Of a DNA stretch of 64,000 nt, positions 58,306 to 64,000 are shown in pieces. How positions within the stretch are numbered: the first letter of the stretch is position 1; the number at the start of each line of letters is the position of its first letter. This stretch comes from Kiritimatiellia bacterium (GTDB lineage Bacteria; Verrucomicrobiota; Kiritimatiellia; RFP12; JBMNHG01). The notes beneath the pieces are model-generated. The model searched no databases, was not told the origin of the DNA, and saw only the letters and a list, made by a program, of their open reading frames with translations. Location of the stretch: assembly GCA_050950285.1 (NCBI GenBank), contig JBMNHG010000004.1, forward strand, positions 62,001 through 126,000. The letters run 5' to 3'. A program made the position numbers and the translations under genes.

Positions 58306-58890
58306 CTATTTGACCAGGCCGTTGAAGCCCATGAAGGCCAGGCTCAGGAGCCCGGCGGTAACGAGCGAAAGCGCGACACCCTTGAAGGCGTGGGGCGGAT
58401 TCGCGTGCTCGAGCTTCTCGCGAATCCCCGTGAAGATGATCAGGGCGAGCGCGAAACCGGTCGCCGCCGAGAAACCGAAGACCACGGACTTGAGGAGCGA
58501 ATCGGCGAATTCCCCCTTCGTGTTCATCACGGCCACGCCGAGTACCGCGCAGTTCGTGGTGATGAGCGGGAGGAAGATGCCCAGGGCGCCGTGCAATGCC
58601 GGGAGGAACTTCTTCATGAGGAGGTCGATGAACTGCACGAAGGCCGCGATCACGAGGATGAAGGCGATGGTCTGGAGGTACTCGAGATCGTTCGGCACAA
58701 GGATATATTTGTTCACGCACCAGGTCACGGCGGAGGCGGCGGTAATCACGAAGATGACGGCGCCGGACATCCCGAGCGCCGTGTCCAGCTTCTTCGACAC
58801 GCCGAGGAACGGGCAGCATCCGAGGAACCGGTTCAACACGAAGTTGTGGACGAGGATGTTGCCGATGATCATCAGAAGATAGGATGCCAT
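58306..58890 (-). CDS. rnfA: Rnf electron transport complex subunit A
   Basis: NFVLNRFLGCCPFLGVS, LGIFLPLITTNCAVLG, SLAFMGF motifs. Confidence 0.94.
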   Translation of the reverse strand: MASYLLMIIGNILVHNFVLNRFLGCCPFLGVSKKLDTALGMSGAVIFVITAASAVTWCVNKYILVPNDLEYLQTIAFILVIAAFVQFIDLLMKKFLPALHGALGIFLPLITTNCAVLGVAVMNTKGEFADSLLKSVVFGFSAATGFALALIIFTGIREKLEHANPPHAFKGVALSLVTAGLLSLAFMGFNGLVK

Positions 58891-59113
58891 GTTCCGGAGT
58901 TCCTTTCGATGGGTTGGCAATCGAGTATACGCTCTTGCGGTCCCAGGCGCAAGCAATCGGGGATTGTGCGGCGCACGCGGGCGCACGCATTTCGACGCAC
59001 CTTGCGATCGGTTCCGAAAGAAGCGCTTCGCGCAACCCCGCTTGACCGTCCCCCCGTTCCCTGCTACCGTTTGCGCACCCGTATCCGCAGCCCCTTCGAC
59101 CACCAGGACCGCC

Positions 59114-59872
59114 ATGGACACAACGCATCAGGAGCCCGAGAAAGACGTCATCGTCAGCGCGCATGACATCAAAAAATGTTTCCTCCTGGGCGACGAGGAG
59201 GTCTGGGCGCTCAAAGGCATCACGCTGGACATCTACCGCGGCGAGTTCCTCTCCATCATGGGGCCCTCGGGCTCCGGGAAGTCGACCTTTTTCAACCAGA
59301 TCGGCGCGCTGGACGAGCCCACCTCGGGACAGATTTTCTTCGAAGGCAAGTCCCTTCTCGAATGCTCCGAGCCCGAGCAGGCCTGGATCCGCTGCAACAA
59401 GATCGGCTACATCTTCCAGACCTTCAACCTCATCAACGTCATGAGCGCGCTCCAGAACGTGATGCTGCCCATGACCTTCCAGGGCGCCTCGAACGAGGAG
59501 GCCACGGCGCGCGCCACCCAAATCCTCGATCGGGTGGGGCTCGGCCACCGCCTCCACCACAAGCCGGACGAACTCTCCGGCGGCCAGCAGCAACGCTGCG
59601 CCATCGCCCGGTCTCTCGCGAACACGCCCGACCTGATTCTCGCGGACGAACCCACCGGCAACCTCGACACCCAGACCGGCAACGAAATCATCGAGCTCCT
59701 CCGAAGCCTGAATCGCGAAAAGGGCGTCACCGTCATCTGCTCCACCCACGACTCCAAGATGCTCGCCGCCTCCGACCGCGTCTGTTGGATCCGCGACGGC
59801 CTCATCGAACGCATCGCCACCGGCCACGAGTTCCGCCTGGAGGAAATGGCTGCGGACACCACCGGCCGCTGA
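59114..59872 (+). CDS. ABC transporter ATP-binding protein (LolD/MacB-like)
   Basis: GPSGSGKST, FQTFNL, LSGGQQQR, DEPTGNLD motifs. Confidence 0.92.
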   Translation: MDTTHQEPEKDVIVSAHDIKKCFLLGDEEVWALKGITLDIYRGEFLSIMGPSGSGKSTFFNQIGALDEPTSGQIFFEGKSLLECSEPEQAWIRCNKIGYIFQTFNLINVMSALQNVMLPMTFQGASNEEATARATQILDRVGLGHRLHHKPDELSGGQQQRCAIARSLANTPDLILADEPTGNLDTQTGNEIIELLRSLNREKGVTVICSTHDSKMLAASDRVCWIRDGLIERIATGHEFRLEEMAADTTGR

Positions 59873-59932
59873 TCTTTTCCCCATACCCCCCCCCTGTTCC
59901 CCACCGTACCTTCCCGACGAAAGGATTCCGAC

Positions 59933-60826
59933 ATGGCCAAGCGCTCCCCTTGCCTGTTCCCCCGCACCACCGTGGGCGGCGTCTCCCTCTCCCGCATGAT
60001 CATCGGCACGAACTGGATGCTCGGCTGGAGCCATCGCACCCCCGCCGCCGACAAGATGATCAAGGACTACCACCGTTCCCCGAAGAACGTCGCCGACCTG
60101 CTCGAGGTCTTCCTCCGCGAAGGCATCGACACCATCATGGGGCTCTTCGACAACAAGCCCGCCATGATGCGCGGCATGCGCATGGCCGAGGAGCGCGCGA
60201 ACCGCAAGCTCATCCTGGTCGACACGCCGATCATCAACGTCCATGACAACGCCGGGGCGCGCAAGGAGGCCGAGGCGCGCATCCGCCTGTCCAAGAAGCT
60301 CGGCGCCACCTTCTGCCTCATCCACCACTCCTCCGCCGAACAGCTCGTGAACAAGAACAAGGGTACGCTGGAGCGTCTGCCCGACTATCTCGACATGATC
60401 CGGCAGAACGGCATGGTTCCGGGACTCTCCGCCCACATGCCCGAACTGGTGCTGTACAGCGACGCCAACGGCTACGATGTCGAGACCTACATCCAAATCT
60501 ACAACTGCATGGGCTTCCTCATGCAGGTCGAGATCGAGTACATCAACAAGGTCATCTGGAACGCGAAGAAGCCGGTCATGACCATCAAGCCCATGGCCGC
60601 AGGCCGCGTCACGCCCTTCGTCGGCCTCAACTTCGCCTGGGCCACCATCCGCCCGCAGGACATGGTCACCGTGGGCTGCTTCCGTCCCTCCGAGGCCGTC
60701 GAGGACATCGAGATCTCCCGCGCAGCCTTCGAACACCGTGCTCCGAACCTCGAAGGCCGTGCAAGCCCCAACAAGACCGCCGCCCTTTCCGCCGGCAGCA
60801 AGAAGCCGGTGAAAACGGCGAAATAG
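59933..60826 (+). CDS. Hypothetical protein, aldo/keto-reductase-like TIM barrel
   Basis: Clean codon bias; LSRMIIGTN, GLSAH and IKPMAAGR resemble AKR-fold proteins. Confidence 0.6.
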   Translation: MAKRSPCLFPRTTVGGVSLSRMIIGTNWMLGWSHRTPAADKMIKDYHRSPKNVADLLEVFLREGIDTIMGLFDNKPAMMRGMRMAEERANRKLILVDTPIINVHDNAGARKEAEARIRLSKKLGATFCLIHHSSAEQLVNKNKGTLERLPDYLDMIRQNGMVPGLSAHMPELVLYSDANGYDVETYIQIYNCMGFLMQVEIEYINKVIWNAKKPVMTIKPMAAGRVTPFVGLNFAWATIRPQDMVTVGCFRPSEAVEDIEISRAAFEHRAPNLEGRASPNKTAALSAGSKKPVKTAK

Positions 60827-61095
60827 CCATTCGCTTTTCCGCGTTTGACCATCGTCTCCTGCGTACCCGATCCCCTGTCGTGGCAGGCTCGATGCTGCTT
60901 CCCCGCGAGGCATTTATTGTGCGAGCCACCCCGATAAAAAACCTTACATTTCGTGCTTGCATCCCGTCTTTGGAAAAGGGATGATGGGCGCGCGCTGAGG
61001 GGACTTCCCTCACGACTTGGATTGGCGCCTTCGCTCCATGGGGCTGCGGTTCAGGATGTCTACTTGTCTTCCACATGGGCACATGAGGTCAGAGC

Positions 61096-61413
61096 ATGGA
61101 TATCTACGTCGGCAACCTTCCGTATGCAGTTACGGACGCCGATCTTCAAGGGCTGTTCGAGCAGTACGGTGAGGTCAAAGCCGCCCGCGTGGTGACGGAT
61201 CGCGTCACCGGTCGCGCCAAGGGTTTTGGATTCGTCGAAATGCCTGACCGTGCCCAGGCCGAAGCGGCCATCGCCGCCACCAATGGGCAGGATTTCATGG
61301 GCCGCGCCCTTCGCGTGAACGAGTCCCAGCCGAAGCCCCGCGAGGAACGTCGTGGTGGTTTTGGCGGAGGTCATGGCGGCCATGGCGGCCCGCGCGGCGG
61401 CAAGCGCTGGTAA
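61096..61413 (+). CDS. RRM RNA-binding protein with Gly-rich tail
   Basis: RNP2 IYVGNL and RNP1 KGFGFVEM. Confidence 0.95.
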   Translation: MDIYVGNLPYAVTDADLQGLFEQYGEVKAARVVTDRVTGRAKGFGFVEMPDRAQAEAAIAATNGQDFMGRALRVNESQPKPREERRGGFGGGHGGHGGPRGGKRW

Positions 61414-61440
61414 TCCCAGGGTTTCCGCCCCTTGTCGATC

Positions 61441-61478
61441 AAGCCGTCCCGTTCCGGCGGGACGGCTTTTTTCGTTTC
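61441..61478 (+). terminator. Intrinsic terminator after the RRM gene
   Basis: AAGCCGTCCCG-ttccgg-CGGGACGGCTT followed by a T tract. Confidence 0.85.
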
Positions 61479-61554
61479 TGCACCGTCGCGACGGCTGGCG
61501 TCCGGGAATCCCCGTGCTTGCCGTCGGCGACGGGAATGCCGTACAGTGTACCCC

Positions 61555-63918
61555 ATGGGCAAGGAAGACCGGAAACATCCCCTGAGGGAGGATTCATCGA
61601 AAAAACGGCGCGCCGCTTTTGGATGGGCGGCGGCGCTGGCGGGGGGGGTGTGCCTTTGGGCGCTCTTCACCTGGCCCGTCCCGCGCCTCTTTGCATCGGG
61701 CATTCCGTCGAGCCATCGCACGGAGGACGTGCGCGTGGACCGTGTGCTGGTCCCGGGCGACCACCTCCAGCTTCTCTACCACTTCTGGCTGGCGCGCGAC
61801 ATGATCGTCGGCGGCACGCCCGCCTTCGCGAATGTGTACGAGTTCAACACCGACTCCACCGATCCGGCGGAGGAGGTCCGTCGCGTCCGCCGCATCGATC
61901 CCTTCTACGCGCCCTTCTCGCTGGTCTACGCCGCAATCTCCCCCTGGGCGGGCGATGCGGCGGGCTGGAACAGCGCGGCGCTTCTCTCCGTGCTGCTGGG
62001 CGTGGCCGGGCTCTTCGCCCTCGCAAGGCGGTACACGGCTTCGAGCACCTCCGCCTTCCTGGCCACGCTGGTCGCCACCGCCTTTCCCTACCGCTGGATC
62101 ACGCTGCTCGCCGGCAGTCCGACCGGTTTCGCCATGGGGCTTGCCCCGTTCGTGCCGCTTGGGCTGGACATCGCCGTGCGCGACCGGCGCATGCTGGGCG
62201 GGTGGCTGGCGGGCGTCGCGCTGCTGCTGTGCTATTGCTCGGATTTGCACGTCTATTATTTCTCCGCCCTGTCCGCGCCCCTGTGGTGCCTTTTTTCGTG
62301 GTTGTGCCGCCATGGCGGCGACGCCTCCCATGAAGCGCGCGAAGCCCCTGCGGGCCTCGCCGCTTTCCTTCGTTCCCTCCTCCCGGCGCTGCGCGCCCTT
62401 TTGCCGGCGATCGGCCTGGCGCTGCTGACGGTGGTGGCGGGAGCGTGGATGAACCGGCAGTTCGCCGGAACGGACATGTCGGGCGGACGCACCTGGAACG
62501 AGGTGATGCTCTATTCCGCAAAGGCGGCCAACCTCTTCGTGCAGGGCGGGAAAGGGATGGGCAGCCACCTTTTCCTGACGGTTTCGCTCGGCGCCCTGCT
62601 TGCCCTCTGTCTCGGTTGCGCGCTCGCCTATCCGCGGGATCTTCGCGCCAACTGCCTCGCACCGCGCACGAACCCCTATGTTCTTGTCGCGCTCCTTTTC
62701 GTGGCGATGGCGGGGGTGGTCTGCCTCGCGCTCGGTTCGAACGGCCCGGCGGGCGGCCTCGCGATGAAGCTGGCGCGGGCGGTTGTCCCCAAATACACGA
62801 TGATCCGGCAGGCGGTGAAGATCTATTGCCTGATGCCTGCCCTCATCGCCGTGGCGCTTGCGCTTCTGCTGCCACGCCGCCGCCAGCATCCGGGCGTGTT
62901 TCTTGTGGCGCTCCTCCTTTCCGTCCTGATGGTGCAAGAGGCGAAGTCCGGCATTCGCCCCGCCCTTTCGCTCCTGCCGCGCGAACAGGCCGCCTACCGG
63001 GCCATTGCGGAGGACGCGGCGAAACGGGGCGTCGTCCCCCACGCCCTCTGCCTTCCGCTCTGGCCGGGGGATTCGCATTGGTCGTCGCTGAACCTCCATG
63101 GGGCGATGAACACGCGCGTGCGCCTCGTGAACGGATACAATCCCGCCCGCCGCGACGAATATGTGGAGACGGTCTTCCGCTTCTACGAGAGCGCGAACGA
63201 AGGCTTCCTTTCCGACGAGCAGCTCGACCGGCTGCTCGCTTCGGGCGTGGACTACATCGTGCTCCACGAGGACGCCTTCCCCGAGAAGGTCTCCCCTTGG
63301 CCGGCTTCCGTCACGCTCCGCCGCCTTTTCGAAAATCGCCGCCTTGTCCCCATGCCGTACGCCGCAGGAGGCAGGGCCTGGACCTTCCGGATCGCGGGAC
63401 ATCCGTCGCCGGAAGGCGCGGACCGGACGCTGTGGACGCCGACCGTCCTCTCCGCCTCGCCGGGCTGCCGCAAGAAGTCCCCAGACGATCCTCCGCCCCT
63501 TCCGGACGAATCCGGACGCTACGTCTTCGCGGCGGCCGACCTCTTCCACGCCGGCGAAACCGTCCCCGAAGACGGTTCGGTCCGCCTCGATCCGGATCGC
63601 GACCCTGTCGGGGCCATCGTCTACGGACCCCACCGCGCGGTGCGTCCCGGCCGTTATCACGTCGAACTGGACTTCGCGGTGGACGCTTCCGTCCCCGCCG
63701 GGGAGAGGGTGGGGGAGCTCCGGGTGCGCATGGCCGAAGGCGACGTGCTCGCGTCGGAGCCCGTCGTTTCGGGGCGGCGCTGCGTCACGCCCGCCGCGAC
63801 TCTCGACGACGCTCCGCTGCGTCTGGAGTTCCTCTACGGATGCCCGGTGCGGGAGGGTGCGCTGCGCCCCGTCGCGCCGATCGTACTGCGCACCTTTTCC
63901 CTGGTCCCGGCGGACTGA
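61555..63918 (+). CDS. Polytopic membrane protein, GT-C/YfhO-like glycosyltransferase
   Basis: Many TM helices, GDHLQLLYHFW loop, RLVNGYNP, GVDYIVLH; start taken at MGKED. Confidence 0.65.
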   Translation: MGKEDRKHPLREDSSKKRRAAFGWAAALAGGVCLWALFTWPVPRLFASGIPSSHRTEDVRVDRVLVPGDHLQLLYHFWLARDMIVGGTPAFANVYEFNTDSTDPAEEVRRVRRIDPFYAPFSLVYAAISPWAGDAAGWNSAALLSVLLGVAGLFALARRYTASSTSAFLATLVATAFPYRWITLLAGSPTGFAMGLAPFVPLGLDIAVRDRRMLGGWLAGVALLLCYCSDLHVYYFSALSAPLWCLFSWLCRHGGDASHEAREAPAGLAAFLRSLLPALRALLPAIGLALLTVVAGAWMNRQFAGTDMSGGRTWNEVMLYSAKAANLFVQGGKGMGSHLFLTVSLGALLALCLGCALAYPRDLRANCLAPRTNPYVLVALLFVAMAGVVCLALGSNGPAGGLAMKLARAVVPKYTMIRQAVKIYCLMPALIAVALALLLPRRRQHPGVFLVALLLSVLMVQEAKSGIRPALSLLPREQAAYRAIAEDAAKRGVVPHALCLPLWPGDSHWSSLNLHGAMNTRVRLVNGYNPARRDEYVETVFRFYESANEGFLSDEQLDRLLASGVDYIVLHEDAFPEKVSPWPASVTLRRLFENRRLVPMPYAAGGRAWTFRIAGHPSPEGADRTLWTPTVLSASPGCRKKSPDDPPPLPDESGRYVFAAADLFHAGETVPEDGSVRLDPDRDPVGAIVYGPHRAVRPGRYHVELDFAVDASVPAGERVGELRVRMAEGDVLASEPVVSGRRCVTPAATLDDAPLRLEFLYGCPVREGALRPVAPIVLRTFSLVPAD

Positions 63919-63967
63919 GGCGTCCCGGCCGCCATTCCACGCCGTCTTCCCGCTCTTTGCTTGCATC

Positions 63968-64000
63968 ATGGAATCCTTCCGACACCTCATCGAATACGCT
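63968..64000 (+). CDS. Start of a CDS running off the window end (MESFRHLIEYA)
   Basis: ATG followed by 11 open codons only. Confidence 0.3.
   Translation, partial: MESFRHLIEYA

Noticed and set aside
55043..60913. 1956-aa minus-strand ORF and other very long shadow ORFs (17580-21803, 18311-21793, 34367-39031, 38772-42146, 56062-59166)
   Set aside because: These are antisense or off-frame artefacts of high GC that overlap well-supported genes; only the last 332 aa of this one (rnfD) are real
1..64000. tRNA, rRNA, prophage, DGR/retron or defence systems
   Set aside because: No recognisable signatures or reverse transcriptase were seen; the NYN gene at the edge is truncated, so its context cannot be judged

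Overview
High-GC bacterial chromosomal window. The gene content and repeat style suggest a PVC-superphylum organism such as Kiritimatiellia/Verrucomicrobiota; this is inference only. The backbone is housekeeping and carbohydrate genes: an NYN protein, a GGQ rescue factor, murA, GH2, cinA, sialate O-acetylesterase, GT2/DUF2304, folK, valS, GH4, hisI, pdxK, feoAB with a DtxR-family regulator, GH28, rnfABCDG lacking rnfE, an RRM protein and a GT-C-like membrane protein. Three accessory regions stand out. (1) 8973-16373 is a tandem array in which four copies of a ~520-bp non-coding unit flank three copies of a lower-GC cassette. The unit is built from two different MITE-like elements filled with REP-like palindromes. 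The cassette is a headless C-terminal gene fragment plus a 311-aa exported protein. The unit copies are mosaics of each other, and the last one holds an intact IS4-family element. (2) An intact ISKra4-family IS with a probable -1 frameshift sits just upstream of valS. (3) A ~15-kb block of four very large exported proteins, two of them paralogs with swapped C-termini, is bracketed by the right half and the left half of IS1634-family remnants. No rRNA, tRNA or CRISPR array was recognised. All calls are by eye, with no database searches, and start codons were chosen manually.
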